A stretch of DNA of 20,486 bases from Bacteriovoracaceae bacterium (GTDB taxonomy: Bacteria > Bdellovibrionota > Bacteriovoracia > Bacteriovoracales > Bacteriovoracaceae), in NCBI GenBank assembly GCA_041586955.1, contig JBFGZE010000061.1, positions 1 through 20,486 on the forward strand, written 5' to 3'. A program made the position numbers and the translations under genes. The stretch's first letter is position 1. Each line of letters starts with the position of its first letter. This document shows, in pieces, positions 8,628-17,800 of the stretch. Below the pieces are notes generated by a model that worked only from the letters and a program-made list of their open reading frames with translations, ran no database searches and was not told where the DNA came from.

Positions 8628-8876
8628 CTATTCGCTCTCTCCATTTTCGGTAAAAACCTCGTTGCTGCTTTCATTTTCGTCAGAAGAAATATCCTCTGAA
8701 GATGAATCCTGATCTGTATCCTCTTCCTCTAGGGAATCATTGTCATCACTTGTCATATTTTCTGTTTTGAGTTTATCGTTATTAATATTTTCATGCTCTG
8801 TCCGGGAACAAGTTGAGCTAATTGTTAATGTAGCGGCGAGCATCGCTATTATTAAAAATGGTGTCTTTTTTTTCAT
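8628..8876 (-). CDS. Small secreted or lipoprotein-like protein with a highly acidic, low-complexity tail
   Basis: MKKK plus hydrophobic stretch, Cys at 23 (weak lipobox), then a D/E/S-rich tail. Starts 2 nt after the YfdX stop. Confidence 0.65.
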   Translation of the reverse strand: MKKKTPFLIIAMLAATLTISSTCSRTEHENINNDKLKTENMTSDDNDSLEEEDTDQDSSSEDISSDENESSNEVFTENGESE

Positions 8877-8878
8877 TA

Positions 8879-9763
8879 TTAATCTCCAATTTTATCTTTT
8901 AGTTTTTTCAAGCTACCACGCAGCTTATCCAGTACCTTTGTCGGTTTTTGATTTGAATTAATTTTTTGTTCAGCAAGTTGAATTTTATCTTTTAGATCTT
9001 GAATTTCACTTTTTGTCAGTCCATATCCTAGAAGTTCTGCACGGGTTAGCTCTTCTTTGGCCTGAGCGAGTTTTTCATTGGCCTTTTTAACGTTTAGCTT
9101 TGATTTTTTGAGGTTTGTATCTAAGGACTCAATAATAGAATAGGCACGGATTATCGGAAGCGGTATGACCTCTTCTTCAACTAAAACAGAGTTTAAGGCC
9201 GAAAGGAGCAATATGTTGGCCTTGTCGTATTTTTTTCCCCTAATGGCCTGAACAGATTTCTTAATATAACGAGGATAGTTTGATAATGCTAAATAGTAAC
9301 GTTCGATCACGATCTCACTTGCCAAAGGGTCTAATATTCTTTTTGCTTCTTGAAGGTGCCCTTTCTTGAGCGCTTTTTCGGCCTTTCTTTTTTCATCTTT
9401 AATATATTGGTTGCTCTCCTCTAAGTCATAGGTTGCAACTCTAAAATCAATTAGAATGTTTCCTTTGTTTGAGTCGTCCGTCGTCAGTACTTTAATTTTT
9501 CCAAGAGCACTTTCTAAGGTCGCAATTGCTTTTTTATATTCACTTTTTTCCAAATGGCCCAATGCTTTTTCAGTAAGTTCTACTACCTCTGCTGCTTCGG
9601 TGACGACATTATCTTGAACTTTAGTTAATTTTTTGGAGGTGATTTCACTGGCCTGTTTCGTTTTAATTTGCGTTGCTTGTAATTCAAGGGCGAGGAGAAA
9701 AGCAAAAATAAGCAATATAAAATGATTGTATTTAATCTTGTTTATTTTTATATTCATTCTCAT
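8879..9763 (-). CDS. YfdX family periplasmic protein
   Basis: Signal peptide; helical segments KKAIATLESALGK, GHLQEAKRILDPLASEI, YPRYIK...ALNSVLVEEEVIPLPIIRA and AELLGYG recalled as YfdX-like. GGAGG SD. Confidence 0.8.
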   Translation of the reverse strand: MRMNIKINKIKYNHFILLIFAFLLALELQATQIKTKQASEITSKKLTKVQDNVVTEAAEVVELTEKALGHLEKSEYKKAIATLESALGKIKVLTTDDSNKGNILIDFRVATYDLEESNQYIKDEKRKAEKALKKGHLQEAKRILDPLASEIVIERYYLALSNYPRYIKKSVQAIRGKKYDKANILLLSALNSVLVEEEVIPLPIIRAYSIIESLDTNLKKSKLNVKKANEKLAQAKEELTRAELLGYGLTKSEIQDLKDKIQLAEQKINSNQKPTKVLDKLRGSLKKLKDKIGD

Positions 9764-9824
9764 AAAACCTCCGATTTAACTGGTCGCTTGGAAAATATAT
9801 AACGAGGGAGGCTATTTTGTCTTT

Positions 9825-9860
9825 TTCGATTTTCCCATATCGCATTAAGGAAAAACCGAA
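9825..9860. promoter_or_regulatory. Putative LysR-type operator in the divergent yfdX/lysR spacer
   Basis: Imperfect inverted repeat TTCGATTTTCCC (9825-9836) / GGAAAAACCGAA (9849-9860), 10 of 12 complementary, directly abutting the LysR start codon. Confidence 0.45.
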
Positions 9861-10736
9861 ATGTCGAATTTGAATTATAACCGACTATATAACTTCCATA
9901 CTCTCGCCTCAGAGGGCTCCCTAAAGTCAGCCTGCAGCAAATTGAATGTAACAGCTTCAACAATTAGTGAGCAAGTAAAACTCCTTGAGGAATTTTTTGG
10001 CCATAATCTTTTCTCAAGAGAGAAGGGAAGGCTTCGAATTAGTCCTTTCGGACAGCAGGTTTTTCTTTACACATCATCAATATTTGAAACGGGGGATCGA
10101 TTACTTCAAGCTTTGCACCCTGAGCAAAACCATACCCCTAATTCTTTATAAATTGACACGACTCCACTAATTGTCGATATCTGTTCATCAGATATGTTTT
10201 TACCGGTAGCAAGTCAAGATTATACCTTGAAACTAAATCAAGGAACGTTTATCGCGGCCCTTAAGCGTCTTAGTTCATTCGAGGCGGATATTATAATAAG
10301 TGAGGAGTCGTCATTAACTAAAAGCACAAAGAATGTAGATAAATGTAAAATAAGAGATGTAAAGTTTTATTGCTGTGTTGGGCCTGAGATCTTTAGAAGT
10401 AAAAAAAAATGGTCCTTTTCAGACCTAAATTCTATTCCCCATATCGCTTATTCACATCAATCGAGGATGAGATATGATGTCGACAATTTTTTAAGAGAAA
10501 ATGAAATTATATCATCTACTTCAATCGAGACGAACGAAATCAAGCTTATTAGGGACGCGACTTTAAATAATTTAGGGTATAGTTTTTTACCAGATTCTTT
10601 TATTGAAACCAATTCTGATAATTTGTGCAAAGTTTTTTCAAAGGCCATATTTAAGGTCGGGATATATTCCTATACCTCTAATAGCGAAAAACGTTCGGTT
10701 ATTGATGAGGTACTACTTCTGCTAAAGTCTAAGTAA
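9861..10736 (+). pseudogene. NhaR-like LysR family regulator interrupted by one in-frame TAA
   Basis: HTH N-terminus LNYNRLYNF...EGSLKSACSKLNVTASTISEQVKLLEE resembles NhaR. TAA at 10149-10151, then the same frame continues (IDTTPLIVDICSSDMFLP...) through the effector domain, 291 codons in total. Confidence 0.85.
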
Positions 10737-10789
10737 TAATTTAAACTTTTGTTCTATGCTCGTTGTACCAATTTCTTTAAGGATGACAA

Positions 10790-11497
10790 ATGGATTTTAA
10801 ATTAGATGGACTTATACAAAAAGTTTTTTTCGATCCTTTCGTGGGGAAGTTGGTCGCTTTAATTGTTTGTTTTATCTTTATCTATTTAGTAAGTAGATCT
10901 ACGACCAGGATATTAGTTTCGAAAATTTCCGATACTGGCACAAGGTATCGAACAAAAAAAATGGTTAATTTTGTGGCATTTGCTATCGGAGAAAAAGACA
11001 TTGCGGCCTCTCTTTTATCAGGCCTTATTGTAATGTTTGATCGCTCATTTCAAGTTGGAGATAGAATCAAATTTGATGGTATTTATGGCGATGTTTTATC
11101 TATAGGGGTTCGCTCAACACGAGTCAGGACACTCGATGATTCGCTGGTAACCGTTCCAAACAGCTAATTTATGAATGGCTCCGTCACTTCTGCAAATTAA
11201 GGTGCCCTAGGCATGCAAGTTGAAATTGATATTTATATCAATAGCGATAGTGACACAAGTATTGTTGAGCGCCTTATTAGAGAATTTGCGGTATCAAGCC
11301 GCTACATTTATCTTGAAAAGCCTATACAAGTTTTGTTTAAAAGCCTCTTTATGGACAAAGTTTTTTGTACTAGGGATCGTTTAAAGGCGTATGTAATAGA
11401 AACAATATATGAAAAAAAATTTGAATCTGACGTAATGGAAAGGGCCTACAAGGCCTTGAGAAAACACAAGATTTTAAATCCTGGCACGAATCATTGA
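10790..11497 (+). pseudogene. MscS-family mechanosensitive channel pseudogene
   Basis: KDIAASLLSGLIVMFDRSFQVGDRI...GDVLSIGVRSTRVRTLDDSLVTVPN. In-frame TAA at 11165-11167 and 11198-11200 (PNS*FMNGSVTSAN*GALGMQV). The TM region looks one helix short (KKMVNF directly joined to VAFAIG). Confidence 0.85.
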
Positions 11498-11789
11498 GCC
11501 TAGGCAAGCTTGCCATAATAAGTGACTTCGAAATTGATTAATCTTTTTGGCTATTTAACACGAAGAGCAGGAATAGAGTGTGAGTTAAGGTGATAAAATC
11601 CCAAAAGCATTGAGGAAAAAGCTGCTTTGTCCAGAACCTCGACTCTGAGTAGTTTATCTCAATGTTGATTAGGGGGATCAACTGACGTGGAATTTGACTA
11701 GTTGTGACAAGCTAAGTGCTTGTAATTAATCATTTTTTTTGTTATTTAAATTAATACTTTGGATAAAATAGGCCCTAGGGAGATTGATT

Positions 11790-11915
11790 GTGTGGGATCT
11801 GGTTATTAGCTTGTTATTATTTTCAGCATGCGTTGGTGTCGGTATTGGTTTTTATTTTTTAATAGAGTGGTATTTTTCGCTAAGGCGGAATAATCAAAGA
11901 CGCTTTGAGAATTAA
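11790..11915 (+). CDS. Small 41-aa single-pass membrane protein (not in the ORF track)
   Basis: GGGAG SD (11778-11782) 7 nt before GTG. MWDLVISLLLFSACVGVGIGFYFLIEWYFSLRRNNQRRFEN*: hydrophobic helix plus basic tail, followed by a terminator. Confidence 0.55.
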   Translation: MWDLVISLLLFSACVGVGIGFYFLIEWYFSLRRNNQRRFEN

Positions 11916-11947
11916 CCAGAAAGACTTTGAACAAATCAATAAATAAC

Positions 11948-11976
11948 AAAAAGCTGGTATTAAACCAGCTTTTTTT
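11948..11976. terminator. Bidirectional intrinsic terminator
   Basis: AAAAAGCTGGT-ATTAA-ACCAGCTTTTTT between convergent ORFs. Confidence 0.85.
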
Positions 11977-13516
11977 ATGAAATCGTTTTAAATTGATTAA
12001 GGTGAGACTGTTGAGGATAAGGGTAGAGGTCGCTATAGGGACTTATCTTTGTTTGGGAAAGTCGACGCCAAATGTGACGGCGATTTAAACTTGTAGGAGA
12101 ATTAATGCCTGCGGCACAAAGAATCTCTGATACCGCATCTAATGTATTATGATGGTAATTGGAAATACGCTTATACTTTGATTCAACGACTAGTCCATTG
12201 GCAAGGTTTGGATCTTGGGTGGCCACTCCAGTGGGGCATTTATTGGTATTGCAAATAAGGGCCTGGATACATCCGAGTGCCAACATCATCCCACGCGCAC
12301 TATATGAAGAGTCAGCACCAAGAGCAATAATTCTAACAATATCAAATCCTGTCAGTATTTTTCCAGCCGCTATAATTTTAATTTCTTCTCTTATATGAAG
12401 CTTTCTAAGAACATTATCTGCGATAACAATACCATCCTTAAGCGCCATTCCGATTGAATTGGAGAACTCTATTGGGGCGGCACCTGTTCCACCTTCTCCG
12501 CCATCAATGGTGATAAAGTCTGGATAAATTTTTGTATCAGCAAATACTTGGCAGAGCTCTTCGAACTCAGTGGGATCGCCCATACATAATTTGATGCCAA
12601 TGGGTTTACCCTCGCTTAAGGTTCTTAATTTTTTTATAAATTGAGCGAGGCCATTAAAATCAGAGAATTCTATATGCGATGAAGGGCTAGAAACTGTTGT
12701 ATGAGGATCAATCGCTCTCGCTTTGGCAATTTCTGGAGTATTTTTTGCCGCCGGTAGGATGCCTCCATGGCCTGGTTTCGCTCCTTGGGAAAGCTTTATT
12801 TCAATCATTTTAACAGAAGAAATCTTAGATTTTTTCGCAAAGCTTTGTTCACAAAAGCGACCATCTTTTGTCCGGCAACCAAAATAACCCGTACCTATTT
12901 GCCAGATGAGATCTCCGCCATGTTTTAGATGATAGGGACTAAGACCTCCTTCTCCGGTATTGTGAGCAAAATCACCGCAATGGGCCCCTTTGTTAAGTGA
13001 TTCGATAGCATTGGAGCTGAGGGCACCAAAACTCATCGCGGATATATTAAAAAGACTTAAGTCATAAGGTTGAAGGCAATCTTTAGAGCCAACCTTGACT
13101 CGTAAGTTTTCAGGGCGGATAGTACCTAATGGGAGTGGTGTGATGGAGTGATTAATCCACTCATACCCCGCTTCATAAACGTTTAACTGAGTGCCAAAGG
13201 GAGTAGTACTGAGTTGTTGCTTGGCCCTTTGATACACGACAGAGCGAAAAATACGACTAATTGGAGTGCCATCTGTGTCAGATTCAATAAAGTATTGGTA
13301 AATCTTAGGACGTAATTCTTCCATAATATAGCGACCGCGACCGGCCAACGGGTAATTGCGCATAAGCGTATGATTTTTTTGTAAACAATCGTATATTCCA
13401 ATAAAGGCGAGAGGGAGCAATATAATATTAATCCATGCTATACTGGGGTATTGAGTGAATGAAAAATAGGCAAATGCAAATGAGACTAAACAATAAAAAT
13501 AAAATAGTTTTTTCAT
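11975..13516 (-). CDS. FMN-binding glutamate synthase family protein with N-terminal membrane anchor
   Basis: NISAMSFGALS, HNTGEGG, IWQIGTGYFGCR, IEIKLSQGAKPGHGG, DGGEGGTGAAP and Fe-S motif GCIQALICNTNKCPTGVATQD. Confidence 0.93.
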   Translation of the reverse strand: MKKLFYFYCLVSFAFAYFSFTQYPSIAWINIILLPLAFIGIYDCLQKNHTLMRNYPLAGRGRYIMEELRPKIYQYFIESDTDGTPISRIFRSVVYQRAKQQLSTTPFGTQLNVYEAGYEWINHSITPLPLGTIRPENLRVKVGSKDCLQPYDLSLFNISAMSFGALSSNAIESLNKGAHCGDFAHNTGEGGLSPYHLKHGGDLIWQIGTGYFGCRTKDGRFCEQSFAKKSKISSVKMIEIKLSQGAKPGHGGILPAAKNTPEIAKARAIDPHTTVSSPSSHIEFSDFNGLAQFIKKLRTLSEGKPIGIKLCMGDPTEFEELCQVFADTKIYPDFITIDGGEGGTGAAPIEFSNSIGMALKDGIVIADNVLRKLHIREEIKIIAAGKILTGFDIVRIIALGADSSYSARGMMLALGCIQALICNTNKCPTGVATQDPNLANGLVVESKYKRISNYHHNTLDAVSEILCAAGINSPTSLNRRHIWRRLSQTKISPYSDLYPYPQQSHLNQFKTIS

Positions 13517-13582
13517 AGAAGCTTTATCCTGTTTCTTTAAAAGCTATTTTAATTCAAATTGAATTTAATTGCTGGAATTTAA

Positions 13583-14770
13583 ATGAGTAAAAAAAATAAC
13601 TATGATGTTATCATTTTGGGGGCCGGCGCCTCTGGTTTATTTTGTGGTTCTATTGCCGGAAAACGCGGAAAAAAGGTTCTAATCTTAGAGCGAAATAGAG
13701 CGATTGGCCGTAAAATATTTATTAGCGGTGGCGGTCGTTGCAACTTCACCAACCTCTCTGTCGATCGGCAACATTTTCTCTGCCAGAATCCTCATTTTTT
13801 GAAAGGGGTTTTCCGAGAATATAACTCAGACAATTTTATCAACCTTGTTCGCCAATATAATATTAATTTTTACGAAAAAAAAATGGGACAATTATTTTGC
13901 AAAGAGTCCTCAGCTCAAATTATTAATATGTTGGAAAAGGAATGTCTTCTTCATTCTGTCGAAATCAAAACCCAGCAAGATGTTTTAAAAGTTCAACAAA
14001 TTGGCACGGATTATCGTATCTTATGTCAAAAGGAAGAGTTCAATGCGTCTAAGCTTGTCATTGCCTCCGGTGGCCTTTCTTTTCCAAAAATTGGCGCGAC
14101 AGATATCGGTTATCAATTGGCCAAACAATTCGGGCACACAATCATTGAGACAGCTCCTGCTCTTGTTGGGTTGCGTTTTCCTGAAGGAAAAGATAAAAAA
14201 ATCTGTGAGAAGCTCTCGGGAGTATCACTACCGGTAAGAATCACTCATAAAAAAAGTAAAGCATGTTTTGATGATGATCTCTTGTTTACTCATCATGGAT
14301 TGTCTGGCCCAGCAGTATTAAAAATTTCCCTTTATTGGAATCATGGGGAAGAATTAACAATTAACTTATTGCCAGGTGAGCGACCTGATATTTTTGATAA
14401 TCTTCCGCGTAAGCAAAAAATATCCTCCGTTTTAAAGAAGTACTTTCCTAAAAAGTTTGTCGAAGAGGCCTTTATCTATCTTAATATTGAAGATAAGTAC
14501 TTTGCAGAAATGGGAAAAAAGGACCGGGAACGCTTAAAGAATTTTATTTTTAATTTTAGCATTATTCCACAGGCGACGGAGGGTTATCGCCGCGCTGAGG
14601 TTACCAAGGGCGGTATTTGTACTAAAGAGGTGAATAATAAAACGATGGAGAGTAAGATTGTAGAAAATTTATATTTCGTAGGTGAAGTTTTAGATGTGAC
14701 GGGTTGGCTTGGTGGTTATAATTTTCAATGGGCCTGGACGTCTGGCTTTATTGCTGGTCATGCTATATAG
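13583..14770 (+). CDS. HI0933/YhiN/BaiN-family FAD-dependent oxidoreductase
   Basis: GAGASG Rossmann motif, GRKIFISGGGRCNFTN, SGGLSFPKIGA, LFTHHGLSGPA, AEVTKGG and GEVLDVTGWLGGYNFQWAW. Confidence 0.95.
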   Translation: MSKKNNYDVIILGAGASGLFCGSIAGKRGKKVLILERNRAIGRKIFISGGGRCNFTNLSVDRQHFLCQNPHFLKGVFREYNSDNFINLVRQYNINFYEKKMGQLFCKESSAQIINMLEKECLLHSVEIKTQQDVLKVQQIGTDYRILCQKEEFNASKLVIASGGLSFPKIGATDIGYQLAKQFGHTIIETAPALVGLRFPEGKDKKICEKLSGVSLPVRITHKKSKACFDDDLLFTHHGLSGPAVLKISLYWNHGEELTINLLPGERPDIFDNLPRKQKISSVLKKYFPKKFVEEAFIYLNIEDKYFAEMGKKDRERLKNFIFNFSIIPQATEGYRRAEVTKGGICTKEVNNKTMESKIVENLYFVGEVLDVTGWLGGYNFQWAWTSGFIAGHAI

Positions 14771-14789
14771 GGCCAATTAGGATAAGAAA

Positions 14790-15875
14790 ATGAAAAAAAA
14801 TAAAATGCTTATTTTCTTTTGTGGTGGAGGTAGCGGAGGACATGTGATTCCTGCCCTTACTTTAATTAAAGAAATTAAAGAAAAAAATGATCAGCTGGAA
14901 ATTCGATATATCGGCTCTAAAACGGGAATTGAGTCACGCTTAATCCCTGAAAATAATATTAACTATTGTGCCATTAGCACCGGGAAATTGAGGCGTTATT
15001 TATCATTTGAAAATATTATTGATCTTTTTAAGGTCGCGAAAGGGATTATCGATTCTCTTTTCATGTTGGGATCAAAGCGTAATCAAATCCGGTTTATTTT
15101 TTTGACGGGAGGCTTTGTTGTTGTTCCTGTTTCACTTGCCGCCTTTTTATTAGGTATCCCCATTTATATTCACGAACAAACTAGTCGGGTGGGACTTGCC
15201 AATAAAATAGCTTCCTTTTTTGCAAAGAAAGTGATGATCTCCTTTGAATCCTCCCGCGATTATTTTCCCTCTCATAAAACTCTTTTTACAGGTTATCCTT
15301 TGCGGAAGGCCTGCTATAAAACAGAACTAGATTATTGCGAGTTCCAGGGAATGAATCTCTTGAATCCTGTTAAACCCATTCTTTTTGTCACGGGTGGAGG
15401 GAATGGTTCTGAATTGATTAATAATCTTGTTGAGGATGGGTTGGAGCAATTATTGGAACGATTTACGGTTATTCATCAAGTCGGTAAGAATAATATTTCA
15501 AAATACTCTCAAATTAGTAAAGAAGGTTATTATCCTGTTGAATTTGTGGGTGCTGAAATGATTGACTTAATGAAAGCGGCGCGTGTTATCTTATCCCGTG
15601 CCGGCGCTGGAATGGTTTGTGAATTATTGGTACTTAATAAACCTTCGATTTTTGTCCCATTAAAAATTGCTCAAAAAAATGAACAATATTTTAATGCTAT
15701 GGAGGCGCAGAAAAAACTTAATTCGGTGGTCATTCAAGAGGACGAGCTTTCTTTTGATACCCTTATGTCTGGCATTGAGAAAATTATGTCTCTTAAAATC
15801 AAGGGCCCTCAAGAGATAGAACTGCGATCGGCGGATAAAATAATCAAAGAATTAGAAATAGAGACGATAGCCTAG
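14790..15875 (+). CDS. murG: Lipid I N-acetylglucosaminyltransferase MurG
   Basis: GGGSGGHVIP, STGKLRRY, GGFVVVP, HEQ...GLAN, GGGNGS, SRAGA and EQYFNA (GT28 motifs). Confidence 0.9.
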   Translation: MKKNKMLIFFCGGGSGGHVIPALTLIKEIKEKNDQLEIRYIGSKTGIESRLIPENNINYCAISTGKLRRYLSFENIIDLFKVAKGIIDSLFMLGSKRNQIRFIFLTGGFVVVPVSLAAFLLGIPIYIHEQTSRVGLANKIASFFAKKVMISFESSRDYFPSHKTLFTGYPLRKACYKTELDYCEFQGMNLLNPVKPILFVTGGGNGSELINNLVEDGLEQLLERFTVIHQVGKNNISKYSQISKEGYYPVEFVGAEMIDLMKAARVILSRAGAGMVCELLVLNKPSIFVPLKIAQKNEQYFNAMEAQKKLNSVVIQEDELSFDTLMSGIEKIMSLKIKGPQEIELRSADKIIKELEIETIA

Positions 15876-17747
15876 GCCTACTTCACCCTCTTTCTTAAGA
15901 CGCTTAAAATTGAGGTCAATGGCCATATTTTTAATGAATGTATAGCGAAGAGCTGATCCATAGCTATAAGACTTTTGTTTAGATTTTGTGAAAAAGTTCC
16001 AAAAATAATTACCATGAATAAGGAAGTTTAATCCATTTTTAATACGATAGAGGACCAAAGCTTCAGGCCCTAATTGAGCGCGATAACCACGAGAGGCAAT
16101 TCCTTTGGCGACATCTACGCGAGTCGTTATGAAGGAGTAGGTCAAGAGGTGCTTTCCTATCTTAATGGCCGGTCCTCCTCCTAACTCGAAAAAGCTTGAG
16201 AGGCATTTTTTATGGCAGGTATAATCTCGGATTGTTTCAAGCCCGAGGTTAAAGCGCCAGCTGGTACTCTTAAAATAGGGCCGAATGGGATTAAGGTTGG
16301 TGACATTGATAAGCGAAACTTTATCTAATTCGAGGCGAGAGCGCTCATTTCTTTCTTTCATTTTGGGGTAATAACGCAATTGAACGTTAACCATTTCCAT
16401 CACGGCAAGAGGGTTTTGACCGTGGTGGGCGTCGAGAAAATCATGCATGGCAAATCGATATTCTAGATTATAGAACATTCCATTCTTAGAGGTCTCTCCT
16501 GCCATGAGTGAGAAGCGACGAGTTGGATGACCCATTTCTGGTCTTTCCGACTCTGGGAGAGGTATCTTCGACTCTGGTGAGCTAATTCCAAGTTTGGCCC
16601 TGGCAATGAGATACTTTCTTTTCCATTTCATTATTTGGGGGGCTTCCTTGATCATCTCTTGAGCGTACTCATAGTCAAGGTAATCGATGGCCGTATCCAT
16701 AATCTTGGCCTTGGCCTTCTTAGAGAAGTCTTCGGGGATGAGGCCTGGATTTTTTTTATGGTAGATTTCTTGAAAATATTCTTGTTCTTGTGGAGTGAGG
16801 CCATCAAGCTTGCTTTGGACGATTTTACGTTTTGAGGGTCTAAATGTAATTTTTCTCACAAGTCCGGGTGTTTCTACGGCAATTTTGATGGTGTCGACGG
16901 GAGCAACGAAATAGGGAGAGCGCTCTGTCAATTTTAGTTCAGGACGTGCGACATCGATCAGGCCCAGCATATGATAGGAGCAATTTTCGGTTAAATAATA
17001 ATAACTAAAATATGTTTGCTTCATTTCCCAAATATGGGCGACCATATAATGAAGTTGATCAGGTGTTAAATTTAATTGGTAATCCCAAAGGTCTCGACTT
17101 TCATAATCATTATATTCACGTACTTTGTAGAAATAAGGGATGGCGGAAAACTCGCCTTTAAAACCTCCGGATATACCCATGATAGCGTAAAGCAGAGAAT
17201 TATTGGTGGTTACGGTTGCGGCGTAATTGGTAGCATAATCAAGCAGGTCAAACTCTTCTGTATTATCTTCTTCTTTGCTAAATCGTAGAAGCGTATGGCC
17301 ATAGGCGGACGCTGGGGTATCCAGGAAATAAGAGGAAAAAACCAGTGAAACTCTCTTGGGGTTTATTTTTTTAAAAAACTTCTGAAAAGCGGAACAATTT
17401 TTTAAGGAGCGTTTTTTGAATGCCGGAGAAATTTCTTTAAAAAATTTAAAGCGAGCGGGGAAGCGGCAGATCGGGTGATCATCATTAATGGGACCTTCTT
17501 TTAATAAGGCCTGATAGGAGGCGAGAAATTCCTTTTTAGGGTCTTTGTTCCCTTCGGGGTGGAAGAAGAAGCCCTCACCATCGGCCTCACTTTGAAGGCC
17601 AAATAAGCCACTTTTATAATGCAGAAGCTTATGCCATCGTGCTGGGGATGAAAACTTTTTAGCTAATTCTTGGGGAGTAATTTCTTGCGCAAAATTGAAA
17701 GAAATTAATTGAAGAAGAAAAATAGAAAAAAAAATGCCCCTGATCAT
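15852..17747 (-). CDS. DUF4105 (Lnb N-terminal-like, Cys/His) domain protein with probable C-terminal outer-membrane beta-barrel
   Basis: Signal peptide; WHKLLHY, CRFPAR, PASAYGHTLLR, YNDYESRDLWDY and YYYLTENCS; amphipathic beta-strand-like C-terminus ending GYRLYF. Confidence 0.8.
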   Translation of the reverse strand: MIRGIFFSIFLLQLISFNFAQEITPQELAKKFSSPARWHKLLHYKSGLFGLQSEADGEGFFFHPEGNKDPKKEFLASYQALLKEGPINDDHPICRFPARFKFFKEISPAFKKRSLKNCSAFQKFFKKINPKRVSLVFSSYFLDTPASAYGHTLLRFSKEEDNTEEFDLLDYATNYAATVTTNNSLLYAIMGISGGFKGEFSAIPYFYKVREYNDYESRDLWDYQLNLTPDQLHYMVAHIWEMKQTYFSYYYLTENCSYHMLGLIDVARPELKLTERSPYFVAPVDTIKIAVETPGLVRKITFRPSKRKIVQSKLDGLTPQEQEYFQEIYHKKNPGLIPEDFSKKAKAKIMDTAIDYLDYEYAQEMIKEAPQIMKWKRKYLIARAKLGISSPESKIPLPESERPEMGHPTRRFSLMAGETSKNGMFYNLEYRFAMHDFLDAHHGQNPLAVMEMVNVQLRYYPKMKERNERSRLELDKVSLINVTNLNPIRPYFKSTSWRFNLGLETIRDYTCHKKCLSSFFELGGGPAIKIGKHLLTYSFITTRVDVAKGIASRGYRAQLGPEALVLYRIKNGLNFLIHGNYFWNFFTKSKQKSYSYGSALRYTFIKNMAIDLNFKRLKKEGEVGLGYRLYF

Positions 17748-17773
17748 AGTTAAACGCTAACGAATCAGGGGCA
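17726..17773 (-). terminator. Intrinsic terminator/attenuator after DUF3015 that overlaps the DUF4105 start
   Basis: Minus strand TGCCCCTGAT-tcGTTAgcgttTAACtATG-ATCAGGGGCA-TTTTTTTTT: perfect 10-bp stem plus a 9-U tract. Confidence 0.8.
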
Positions 17774-17800
17774 AAAGATCAAATTCTAATTTGATTTAAA

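Noticed and set aside
8247..8630. Known riboswitch (c-di-AMP, c-di-GMP, glutamine, cobalamin, SAM, fluoride) or retron msr-msd upstream of the rimK operon
   Set aside because: Consensus core nucleotides were not found on either strand, and there is no reverse transcriptase in the window.
5345..11975. attL/attR duplication of the tRNA 3' end and an integrase
   Set aside because: No second copy of the tRNA 3' end and no recombinase or transposase ORF found by eye, so no mobile element is called.
13551..13565. AATTCA-AAT-TGAATT inverted repeat in the divergent promoter
   Set aside because: Short and almost all A/T in an AT-rich spacer, so not distinguishable from chance.
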